NCBI GenBank assembly: GCA_965237525.1
Contig: CBDEFO010000006.1
Coordinates: forward strand, 288,001-352,000
Source of the DNA: Candidatus Latescibacterota bacterium
Lineage (GTDB): Bacteria > Latescibacterota > CBDEFO01
DNA length: 64,000 bases
Reading direction: 5' to 3'
Both the position numbers and the translations under genes were made by a program. Shown piece by piece: positions 20,217-30,034 of this stretch (position 1 is its first letter; each line of letters opens with the position of its first letter). The notes under the pieces are model-generated. The model was given only the letters and a program-made list of their open reading frames with translations, was not told the DNA's origin and searched no databases.

Positions 20217-22064
20217 TTATGATGTGGCATCTGCCATCTTCTCTTCGCCGAGTTTAGCTATGGCGTTGTCTATGACCCTGAGGTTGCGGGCTGCCTCGCT
20301 GTAGTTAGTATCAATGCTAAGAGCAGTCTGATACGCCATCTGGGCGGATTCTAAATGCCCGAGTTTCGCATAGCAGGAACCCATGTTGGACATAGTGACT
20401 TTGTCTGCAGGATCTTTTTTGATGCATTCTTTATATAATTCAATAGCTTTCTCGAACTTTCCGAGTTTGATGCAAATATCGCCAGCATCTTTGTAAACTT
20501 CAGCACTTTCGGGCTTCAGAGGAACTAATTTATCAATCTCTTCTAAAGCCTCCTGGTGTGCCCCTTGGGAAAATTTCAGCTTCATAAGATTGAAATGAGC
20601 CCGTTCGTGATAGGGATTAAGCTCAAGCGCCTTTGAAAATTTCAAATCTGCATCCTCCTTTTGGCCTTTCATAAGGAGAGCGTATCCCCAACCGTTATAG
20701 GCATCGGAATTATCGGGATTCATCTCTAAAGCTTCTTCGTACTGTTTTATTGCCTCATCGAATCTGTTCTCCCTTATGTACAAATCTCCAAGCTGTACAA
20801 AGACAAAATCGTCAGCTATTCCAGCTACGAAAGCGCTTTCAAGCACACGCTGGCCGTCAGATAATTCCCCCGTCTCAATATAACAGAAAGCAAGAGTTTT
20901 GTAGAGGTCGAGATGCTGATCGTCCTGGGAAATAGCGTTTTTCAAATGATCTATAGCCTTTTCGTAGTCTCCCAAAAGCCGGTAGCATTCACCTATGCAG
21001 TGCCGGACAATGTTCTGGTATGACCACGTGTCCATATCCAAGTTTGGACTTTCTTTTGCCCTTTCCCTCTCCTCAAGGAATCTTTGGTACGCATTTACAG
21101 CATCGGCGTAGCGTTTCTTCTTGAAATAGATCCCCCCGAGGGTAAATAGTATATCGAGGTTTCCAGGGTTATGCGCCAGACCTTCTTGGCACAGTTTCTC
21201 CCCTTCGTGCAAGCGTCCACTCATAAGGCAGTGGTGGGCTGTGTCGTAGAGAAGCATAAGATAAGTTCCTGGATCCTCCTCATAGTTCTTAATAGAAAGC
21301 TTGTCTGTATCCTGGATAGTAGTTTCTCCCCGACAGCTATTCTGGCTGCTATGTTCTCTTTGCAAAAACCAAAGATTTGGAACATCTAAGTGAAAACTTA
21401 TATTTTTTAAATATTCTTTTGCTTCATCTAAATTGTTGAGTTCCATACCTTTAAACTCATCAAAACAGCAAAACCCTTTTTCAAAAAATAGATTCAACAA
21501 TTTATGGTGATCATGCTTCCTAGAAGCATAAAGATAGAACTCAACATATAAACACCTAGTAAAATCCAATGCAGTTTCCAAATCTTCGTAAAGTAACAAT
21601 TCTGATCCCTCAATGTCGATCTTCATAAAATCCACAGAATTAAAATGGTATTTCCTCAATAAATTTATCAATGTGTCAGTTTGCACTTTCTCTGTTGGCA
21701 GCTTACTATCAAAACTTGGAACCACGCCTGGCATAATTGCATTGACTGTTCCTACGCTGTTTATCCTTATATTAACCATACCCTTTTTATCTGAAACAGC
21801 CTTATTTTCTAGTATGACATTACTGAACCCTTCCATGGTCTTCTGTAAAATAGCAAAATTTTGACTCGATGGCTCGACGGCTAAAATCTTAGCCTGTGGG
21901 TTCTTCTGTAAGCAGTATGAAGAGACTTCCCCATGATGAGCGCCCAGATCAACAACATAATTAAATTTTATATTATGATCTTCAAAGAATCCTAAATTTT
22001 TTATGATGCGTATCATCCCAGTTACCTTTATGAAAGGCAAAGTTAAAGGCGAACCCACAAACAC
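20217..22064 (-). CDS. FkbM-family methyltransferase fused to TPR domain (start probably 22016)
   Basis: VVDLGAHHG, AVEPS, DFMKIDIEGSE; TPR half homologous to GT2-TPR neighbours. Confidence 0.9.
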   Translation of the reverse strand: MFVGSPLTLPFIKVTGMIRIIKNLGFFEDHNIKFNYVVDLGAHHGEVSSYCLQKNPQAKILAVEPSSQNFAILQKTMEGFSNVILENKAVSDKKGMVNIRINSVGTVNAIMPGVVPSFDSKLPTEKVQTDTLINLLRKYHFNSVDFMKIDIEGSELLLYEDLETALDFTRCLYVEFYLYASRKHDHHKLLNLFFEKGFCCFDEFKGMELNNLDEAKEYLKNISFHLDVPNLWFLQREHSSQNSCRGETTIQDTDKLSIKNYEEDPGTYLMLLYDTAHHCLMSGRLHEGEKLCQEGLAHNPGNLDILFTLGGIYFKKKRYADAVNAYQRFLEERERAKESPNLDMDTWSYQNIVRHCIGECYRLLGDYEKAIDHLKNAISQDDQHLDLYKTLAFCYIETGELSDGQRVLESAFVAGIADDFVFVQLGDLYIRENRFDEAIKQYEEALEMNPDNSDAYNGWGYALLMKGQKEDADLKFSKALELNPYHERAHFNLMKLKFSQGAHQEALEEIDKLVPLKPESAEVYKDAGDICIKLGKFEKAIELYKECIKKDPADKVTMSNMGSCYAKLGHLESAQMAYQTALSIDTNYSEAARNLRVIDNAIAKLGEEKMADATS

Positions 22065-22094
22065 CTTAGCCTCTATATTATTGTGTTGACCTAT

Positions 22095-24041
22095 CTACGA
22101 GGTGGCACTGACCATATTCTGTTCACCGGTTTCGTGTTTGGCTATCATGTTTTCAACCACTTTGAGGTTCCGGGAAGCCTCGCTGTAGTTAGGATCAATG
22201 CTGAGAGCAGTCTGATACGCCATCTGGGCGGATTCTAAATGCCCAAGTTTCGCGTAGCAGGAGGCAACATTGGACATAGTACCTTTGTCTGCAGGATTGC
22301 GTCTTATGCATTCTTCGTACAGATCAATAGCTTTCTCGAACTTTCCGAGTTTGATGCAGATATCTCCAGCATCTTTGTAAACTTCAGCACTTTCGGGCTT
22401 CAGAGACACTAATTTATCAATCTCTTCTAAAGCCTCCTGGTGTGCCCCTTGCGAAAATTTCAGCTTCATAAGATTGAAATGAGCCCGTTCGTGGTTGGGA
22501 TTAAGCTCAAGTGCCTTTGAAAATTTCAAATCTGCACCCTCCTTTTGGCCTTTCATAAGGAGAGCGTATCCCCAACCGTTATAGGCATCGGAATTATCAG
22601 GATTTATCTCTAAAGCTTCTTCGTACTGTTTTATTGCCTCATCAAGTCTGTTCTGCCTTATGCACAAGTCTCCGAGCTTTACAAAGGTGAAATCGTCGGC
22701 TATTCCAACTTCAACTGCCCTCTCAAGGGTACACCGGGCGCCAGGTAATTCGCCCGTCAGAATATAACAGAGAGCAAGATTTTTGTAGAGGTCGAGATGC
22801 TGGTTGTCCTCTGTTATAGCGTTGTTCAGATAATCTATAGCCTTTTCGTAGTCTCCCAAAAGCCGGTAGCATTCACTGATGTTGTTGCTGATAGCGCTCT
22901 TCATTGACCTTGTATCCATAACATAAGCCTTGAAATTTGGATCGTTTTCGATTATTTCTCTCTGCTTAAGGAATTCTTGGTAGGTACTTATAGCGTCGCT
23001 GTAACGTTTCTTATTAAAATAGATATCTCCAAGGACAAATAGCAGATTGAGACTTTGAGGGTTGTATCTTAAACCTTCTTGGCACAGTCTCTCGCCTTCG
23101 TCCAAGCGTCTACTCATAAGACAGCAGTAGGCTGTGCTCAAGAGGAGCAGAAGATAGGTTTCGCGGTCCTCCTCATAGGGTTTGAAAGAAAGAGCGCGAA
23201 TTCCATTTTCGACGGCTCTGTCAAATTCTCCTTTGTCGCGCAAGATTTGATTCAGGTTGAACCAGGCTAAGGTGTTGTTAGGATCCTCTTCTATCTGCCT
23301 TTCGAGGCTTTCAAAGCTGCTGTGATAGCTCTTTTTGCTGTGTTTTCTCTGGAGAAACCAAAGATTTGAGATCGATTCTTTATTTATCCATGCTTCGTAC
23401 AAATATTCCTTAGCTACATCTAAACTTTTTAACTCTGTCCCCCATAGATCAAAACACTTAAAATCTTCCCTAAACAGTAGTCCCATTAATCTATGATCAC
23501 CATCAAGGGTCTTTAAAGAGCCGAGTTCAATAAAGATTAATTTGATGATTGAAGAATCCTTCTCTAAACTTTCATAGAGCAAGGGTTCAACTCCCTCAAT
23601 ATCAACCTTCATGAAATCAACATAATCAAAATTATATCGTCTCAACAGATTTGAAAGTGTATCGCTTTTGACCTTTTCGGTTCTCAAATTTTCTTTTCGG
23701 AAGGGCTTCAACCACGGGTGATAACGCCACCGCTTTTTTTCATCTAAAACAATCGTATTTTCGCCACCTCTATCTAAGGTCATATCGACAACACCTGCTC
23801 TATCCGATATGGCCTCATTTACCAAAATGATGTTTTTAGTTAAGAGGTTCTGCTTTTCAACATTCTCCTTGAGGATAGCAAAACTTTGACTCGATCCTTC
23901 AACAGCCAGAATCCTTGCCGAAGGATTACTTTGGGCAAAGTATATAGCTGCTCCACCGTGATGAGCCCCGAGATCAACCACAGAATTAAGTTCTATCTTA
24001 TGATCTTCAAAGAATCCTAAATTTCTTATGCTATCGTTCAT
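22095..24041 (-). CDS. FkbM-family methyltransferase fused to TPR domain
   Basis: VVDLGAHHG, AVEGS, DFMKVDIEGVE; TPR repeats. Confidence 0.9.
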   Translation of the reverse strand: MNDSIRNLGFFEDHKIELNSVVDLGAHHGGAAIYFAQSNPSARILAVEGSSQSFAILKENVEKQNLLTKNIILVNEAISDRAGVVDMTLDRGGENTIVLDEKKRWRYHPWLKPFRKENLRTEKVKSDTLSNLLRRYNFDYVDFMKVDIEGVEPLLYESLEKDSSIIKLIFIELGSLKTLDGDHRLMGLLFREDFKCFDLWGTELKSLDVAKEYLYEAWINKESISNLWFLQRKHSKKSYHSSFESLERQIEEDPNNTLAWFNLNQILRDKGEFDRAVENGIRALSFKPYEEDRETYLLLLLSTAYCCLMSRRLDEGERLCQEGLRYNPQSLNLLFVLGDIYFNKKRYSDAISTYQEFLKQREIIENDPNFKAYVMDTRSMKSAISNNISECYRLLGDYEKAIDYLNNAITEDNQHLDLYKNLALCYILTGELPGARCTLERAVEVGIADDFTFVKLGDLCIRQNRLDEAIKQYEEALEINPDNSDAYNGWGYALLMKGQKEGADLKFSKALELNPNHERAHFNLMKLKFSQGAHQEALEEIDKLVSLKPESAEVYKDAGDICIKLGKFEKAIDLYEECIRRNPADKGTMSNVASCYAKLGHLESAQMAYQTALSIDPNYSEASRNLKVVENMIAKHETGEQNMVSATS

Positions 24042-24123
24042 CCGAGTTACTTTCCTGATAAGGGCACAGTCTTTTTGTTCTTCCTGTTATGAGTTTTCGT
24101 ACGCTATCCTATCGACCTATATA

Positions 24124-26086
24124 CTACGATGCAGCATCAACTGTCTTCCGTTCACCGGTTCCGTGTTTGGCTATCATGTTTCCAACTAGTTTGAGGTTGC
24201 GGGCTGCCTCGCTGTAGTTAGGATCAATGATGAGAGCAGTCTGATACGCCATCTGGGCGGATTCTAAATGCCCAAGTTTCGCGTAGCAGGAGGCAACATT
24301 GGACATAGTAACTTTGTCTGTAGGATCTTGTCTGATGCATTCTTCGTGCAGTTCAATAGCTTTCTCGTACTTTCCAAGCCTGACGCAGATGTTTCCAGAT
24401 TCTCTGTATATTTCAGCGCTTTTGGGTTCCAACGACACTAACTTATCAATCTGTTCCAGTGTCTCCTGGTGTGCCCCCTGGGCGAACTTCAGCTTCACAA
24501 GATTGAAACGAGCCCGTTCGTGGTTGGGATTAAGCTCAAGTACCTTTGAAAATTTCAGATCTGCATCCTCCTTTTGGCCTTTCATAAGGAGGGCGTATCC
24601 CCAACCGTTATAGGCATCGGAATTAGCAGGATTTATCTCTAAAGCTTCTTCGTACTGTTTTATTGCCTCATCGATTCTGTTCTCCCCTATGTACAAATCT
24701 CCAAGCTTCACAAAGACAAAATCGTCAGCTATTCCAACTTCAGCTACTCTCTCAAGCGTACGCTGGGCGGAAGATAATTCCCCCGTCTCAATATAACAGA
24801 ATGCAAGACCTTTGTAGAGGTCGAGATGCTGATCGTCCTCGACAATAGCGTTTTCCAGATGATCTATAGCCTTTTCGTAGTCTCCCAAAAGTCGGTAGCA
24901 CGCACCGATGTTCTTCTTGGCAATTCCCTGGAATGACCATGTAATGACAACATGGGCGTCAAAATTTGGCCTTTTTTCCGCTATTTCTCTCTGCTTGAGG
25001 AATTCTCGATACGTATTTATAGCGTCCTCATATCGTTTCTTCTTGACATAGATACCAGCAAGGATGAATATCACATCAAGGTTTTCAGGATTATGCTTTA
25101 AGCCCTCTTGGCACAGTTTCTCACCTTCATCCAAGCGTCCACTCGTAACGCAACACTGAACTGTTTCGTAAAGGAGCATAAGATACGTTACTGGGTCCGC
25201 TTCATAGGGTTCAAGAGAAAGAGCGTGCTTTCCATTTTCGACAGCTGTGTCGAATTCTCCTTTGTCGCGCAAGATTAGATTGAGGTTGTACCAAGCAAAC
25301 GTGTTGTTGGGATCTACTTCTATCTGATTTTCGAAGCTCTCAAGGCGTCTAGCCAGGAACTCTTCTTCGTCTATGAAGATCATGCAATCTGATAGGATTA
25401 GTTGATTTTGAGAAGCAGTATTAGCATGCTTTTTCTGTAAGAACCAAAGGTCGATACCTTCTCTAATGTCATATTTTTCACCAAAATATTTTTGGGCTTC
25501 CTTAAGGGTTGTTAATTCTTCGCCAAAGTCCTTAAAACATAAAAAACCTTTTTCGAAAAATAGCTGAAAAATAGCTTTCTTTTGTATTACCATAGTTAAA
25601 TTCGATAAATAACGATTTAATATCCGATGCATGCTTTTTTAAGCTTTCATAAAGTAATGGTTCAGCTCCCTCAATATCGATCTTCATGAAATCAACATAA
25701 TCAAAGTTATACTGACTCAACAAATTTGAGAGTGTATCTGCTTGAACCCTCTCTGTTTGCGCTTTATATTCAAGCCCCAAATTTCTTTCATCCAAAATGA
25801 TAGTGTTGTATAATCTGCCAATAGACAGTTCAATAGTTTCTACTCTATCTGAAACAAGCTTATTTACTAAGATGATATTGTTACAGCCAGATCTCTGAAT
25901 ATTCTTCTGAAGAACGGAAAAGTATTGACTTGATCCTTCGATCGCCAAAATTCTCGCTTTGGGTTTTCTTTGAGCACAGTAAAGAGTTATTTTGCCAATA
26001 TGGGCTCCAATATGAACAACTGACCTGAGTTCTATTTTGTGTTTTGCAAGAAATTTCTCAATACTATGACACTCTTCCAATATCAT
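24124..26086 (-). pseudogene. FkbM methyltransferase-TPR fusion, frameshifted
   Basis: ORF 25532-26086 (VVHIGAHIG, DFMKIDIEGAE) and ORF 24124-25632 (LFFEKGF then TPR) overlap out of frame near 25570. Confidence 0.88.
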
Positions 26087-26195
26087 CCACCTGTCTAGGT
26101 TTTTCCCAACAACAATTCAACAGCGTTGCCTCGGCATCAATCACTAGAATCAAACCCCACAAGTTGAACGAGCTCCGCTCCAATAGCTTAACTGG

Positions 26196-27995
26196 CTACG
26201 AGGCGGCGTCTACCATCTTCTCTTCGCCAACTTTAGCTATGGCGTTGTCAATGATGCTGAGGTTGCGGGCTGCCTCGGCGTAGTTAGGATCAATGCTAAG
26301 AGCAGTCTGATACGCCATCTGGGCGGATTCTAAATGCCCAAGTTTTGCGTAGCAGGAACCCATGTTGCACATAGTGACTTTGTCTGCAGGAGCTTTTTTG
26401 ATGCATTCTTTGTATAATTCAATAGCTTTCTCGTAATTTCCAAGTTTGATGCAGATATCTCCAGCATCTCGGTAAATCTGACCACTTTCGGGCTTCAGAG
26501 ACACTAATTTATCAATCTCTTCTAAAGCCTTCTGGTGTGCCCCTTGGGAAAATTTCAGCTTCACAAGATTGAAATGAGCCCGTTCGTGATAGGGATTAAG
26601 CTCAAGAGCCTTTGAAAATTTCAAATCTGCATCCTCCTTTTGGCCTTTCATAAGGAGAGCATATCCCCAACCGTTATAGGCATCGGAATTATCGGGATTT
26701 ATCTTTATGGCTTTTTCGTACTGTTTTATTGCCTCATTGAATCTATTTTCTCTTCTGTACAAATCTCCAAGCTTAACAAATGTGAAATCATCCGCTATTC
26801 CAACTTCTACAGCTCTTTTGAGCACAAGTTGAGCGTTCAGAAAGTCGCCTATCTCAATGTAACAAAGGAAAAGGCTCTTGTAGAGGTTCAGATGTTGGTC
26901 ATCCTGGGTAATAGCGCTCTCCAAACAATCTATAGCCTTGTCGTAGTCTCCCAGTAGTCGGTAGCACAGACCGCTGTTATTCCTGACAATGCTGCCGTAT
27001 GACCACGTGTCCACCACATTGGCGTCGAGGTTTGGCCTTTTTTCTGCTATTTCTCTCTGCCTGAGGAATTCCTCGTGGGCTTGTATAGCTTCGTCATAGC
27101 GTTCTTGCTTAAAATAGATGCCTCCAAGAGTGAAAAGTAAATTGAGGTTTTCAGGGTTATGCCTTAAACCTTCGTGGCATAGTTTCTCACCTTCGTCCAA
27201 GTGTTCGGTCTTAAGGCAGCAGTAGGCTGTGTCATAAAGGAGCGTAAGATAGGTTGCTGTATCCTCTTCGTAGCGTTTAAGAGAAAGAGCGTGCTTCCCA
27301 TTTTTGACAGCCTTGGCAAACTCTCCTTTGCTGCGGTAGATTCGATTAAGGTTGCACCAGGCAAAAGTGTTCTTTGGATCTTCTTCTATCTGCCTTAAAA
27401 GGAGCTCTTTGTTCCTTTTGTCTTTAGCCGCCATCTTCTCTTTGGACAGATTGTAGCCGTAGTGGTATATGCGTATCTCCGCATGAACGATGGGTCCTTC
27501 TACTATGATCTGTTCGTGGACTATGCCTTCGTACCGAGCTACCCCTCTCCTGAAGAGCCTCTTGTAATAGAACTTGGAAAGGCCATTCGGCATGTGATTG
27601 TATATGGCGATCAACACCCCGTTGTAGAGGTCGGACTTGATCGCTTCCCTCAGAAGAGGCATATCCTCCTGTTCAAGTACCTCGTCTGCATCTATCTGCA
27701 GTATCCAGTCGCAGGTGGCATACGAAAGAGTACAGTTTCTGGCCTCTGTGAAGTTGTCGTTCCAGGCGTGACGATAGACCTTAGCTCCAAAACTTTCAGC
27801 TATCTCCACCGTGCGGTCGGTCGAGCCGGTATCTACGACTACTATCTCGTCCACAGCATCCCTGATGCTATCCAGGCATCCGGGCAAAAACTCCTCTTCG
27901 TTTCTGACGATCATACAGGCCGATAGAGTCGCCCCAAAGGATGATGAGGACTCGTTCTCTTTCCCTATCTTCTGAATCGGCTTTAGTTGCTTCAT
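26196..27995 (-). CDS. GT2 glycosyltransferase with TPR domain
   Basis: LSACMIVRNEE, VDTGSTD, IDADE, YEGIVHEQI. Confidence 0.93.
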   Translation of the reverse strand: MKQLKPIQKIGKENESSSSFGATLSACMIVRNEEEFLPGCLDSIRDAVDEIVVVDTGSTDRTVEIAESFGAKVYRHAWNDNFTEARNCTLSYATCDWILQIDADEVLEQEDMPLLREAIKSDLYNGVLIAIYNHMPNGLSKFYYKRLFRRGVARYEGIVHEQIIVEGPIVHAEIRIYHYGYNLSKEKMAAKDKRNKELLLRQIEEDPKNTFAWCNLNRIYRSKGEFAKAVKNGKHALSLKRYEEDTATYLTLLYDTAYCCLKTEHLDEGEKLCHEGLRHNPENLNLLFTLGGIYFKQERYDEAIQAHEEFLRQREIAEKRPNLDANVVDTWSYGSIVRNNSGLCYRLLGDYDKAIDCLESAITQDDQHLNLYKSLFLCYIEIGDFLNAQLVLKRAVEVGIADDFTFVKLGDLYRRENRFNEAIKQYEKAIKINPDNSDAYNGWGYALLMKGQKEDADLKFSKALELNPYHERAHFNLVKLKFSQGAHQKALEEIDKLVSLKPESGQIYRDAGDICIKLGNYEKAIELYKECIKKAPADKVTMCNMGSCYAKLGHLESAQMAYQTALSIDPNYAEAARNLSIIDNAIAKVGEEKMVDAAS

Positions 27996-28107
27996 CTTTT
28001 CTATCTTTCCACTTGTTCTCTGAATTACGACTCTAGCAGAGTCGATACGTCAGACAGCTTATATGGAGCGGAGGATACCCTGTCGACTTCGTTACGTAGT
28101 GACTTAT

Positions 28108-29916
28108 TTACTGTCTTGAGTCAGCCATATTCTGTTCGCCGATTCCGTATTTAGCTATGATGTCTTCAATTACTTTGAGGTTGCGGGCTGCCTCAGCGTA
28201 GTTAGGATCAAGCTTGAGGGCAGTCTGATACGCAATCTGCGCCGATTCTAAATGCCCAAGCCTTGCGTAGCAGCTAGCTATGTTGGACATCGTGACTTTG
28301 TCTGTAGGATCTCTCCGGATGCATTCTTCGTATAAGTCGATAGCTTTCTCATAGTTTTCGAGCCTGACGCAGATGTTGCTAGTCTCTCTGTAAACTTCAG
28401 CACTTTCGGGACCTAAAGAGACTAACTTGTCAATCTCTTCCAAAGCCTCCTGGTCCACCCCTTGGTGGAGTTTCAGCTTCACAAGATTCAGACGTGCCCA
28501 CTCGTGACGGGGGTCAAGCTCAAGTGCCTTTTTAAATTTTGAATCAGCACTCTCTGTTTCACCTTTCGTAAGGTGGATATATCCCCAACTGTTATAAGCG
28601 TCGGGATTATCAGGATTCATCTTTATGGCTGTTTCGTACCGTTTCATTGCCTCATCGAATCCGTTCTCCCTTTGGTGCAAATCTCCAAGCTTTACAAAGG
28701 TCAGATCGTCAGCTATTCCAGCTTCAACTGCACGCTCGAGAGTACTGCTGGCCCTGAGGAAATCCTCCGTCTCAAGGTAACACAGAGAAAGGCTCTTGTA
28801 GAAGTTGAGACACTGGTTGTCCTGCGTAATAACGTTCTTCAGATAATCTATAGCCTTTTGGTAATCTCCCAAAAGCCGGTAGCACAGACCGATGTTATTC
28901 TTGACAATTCCCTGGAATGACCACGCGTCCACAATTGGGGCGTCGAGGTTTAGAGGACTTTTTTCCGCTATTTCTCTCTGCCTGAGGAACTCCCGGTACA
29001 TATTTATAGCGTCGTCGTAGCGCTTTTGCTTAAAATAGATGCCTCCAAGGGTGTATAGCAGATCCAGGTTTTCAGGGCTATACTTTAAACCTTCTTGGCA
29101 CAGTTTCTCACCTTCGTCCAAGCGTTCACTCATAAGGCAGGAGTAGGCCGTGTCATAAAGGAGCATAAGATAAGTTGATGTACCTTCTTCGTAGCTTTTA
29201 AGAGAAAGAGCGTGCATTCCATTTTTGACAACCGTATCAAACTCTCCTTTGCTGCGGTAGATTCGATTCAAGTTGTACCACGCAAAGATCTTGTTGGGAT
29301 CTTCTTCTATCTGCCTCAAAAGGAGCTCTTTGTTCCTTTCGTATTTGTCCGCCATCTCCTCTTTGGAAAAATTGTAGCCGTAATGATAGATGCATATCTC
29401 CGCATGAACGATGCCTCCTTCGATTATGATCTGTTCGTGGACTATGCCTTCGTAGCGAGCTACCCCTCTCCTGTAGAGCCTCTCGTAATAGAACTTGGAA
29501 AGGCCCTTTGGCGTGTGATTGTATATGGCGATGAAGACTCCGTTGTAGAGGTCCGAATTGATCGTCCTCCTCAAAAGAGAAATATCTTCTTGTTCAAGTT
29601 CCTCGTCTGCATCTATCTGCAGTATCCAGTCGCAGGTGGCATACGAAAGAGAGTGATTTCTGGCCTCTGAAAAGTCATCGTTCCAAGGGTGATGATAGAC
29701 TTTAGCTTTATAGCTTTCGGCTATCTCGACCGTGCGGTCGGTCGAGCCGGTATCTACGACTACTATCTCATCCACAGCATTTTTTATGCTCTCAAGGCAT
29801 CTGGGCAAGAACTCCTCTTCGTTTTTAACGATCATACAGGCCGATAGAGTTGCCTCAAGGGGTGATGAAGACTCGTTCTTCTTTCCTATCCTCTCAATCG
29901 GCTTTGGTTTTTGCAT
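28108..29916 (-). CDS. GT2 glycosyltransferase with TPR domain
   Basis: LSACMIVKNEE, IDADE, YEGIVHEQI. Confidence 0.93.
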   Translation of the reverse strand: MQKPKPIERIGKKNESSSPLEATLSACMIVKNEEEFLPRCLESIKNAVDEIVVVDTGSTDRTVEIAESYKAKVYHHPWNDDFSEARNHSLSYATCDWILQIDADEELEQEDISLLRRTINSDLYNGVFIAIYNHTPKGLSKFYYERLYRRGVARYEGIVHEQIIIEGGIVHAEICIYHYGYNFSKEEMADKYERNKELLLRQIEEDPNKIFAWYNLNRIYRSKGEFDTVVKNGMHALSLKSYEEGTSTYLMLLYDTAYSCLMSERLDEGEKLCQEGLKYSPENLDLLYTLGGIYFKQKRYDDAINMYREFLRQREIAEKSPLNLDAPIVDAWSFQGIVKNNIGLCYRLLGDYQKAIDYLKNVITQDNQCLNFYKSLSLCYLETEDFLRASSTLERAVEAGIADDLTFVKLGDLHQRENGFDEAMKRYETAIKMNPDNPDAYNSWGYIHLTKGETESADSKFKKALELDPRHEWARLNLVKLKLHQGVDQEALEEIDKLVSLGPESAEVYRETSNICVRLENYEKAIDLYEECIRRDPTDKVTMSNIASCYARLGHLESAQIAYQTALKLDPNYAEAARNLKVIEDIIAKYGIGEQNMADSRQ

Positions 29917-30034
29917 GTTTCTTATCTTCCTGCTTGTTTATGTACTACGGCTCTATTTAAGTCGATTCCTAATACGGCAAACAGTGGCCAGCATACAGGG
30001 ATCGCAGAGATGTTCCCGTTTACTGTCTACCTTT

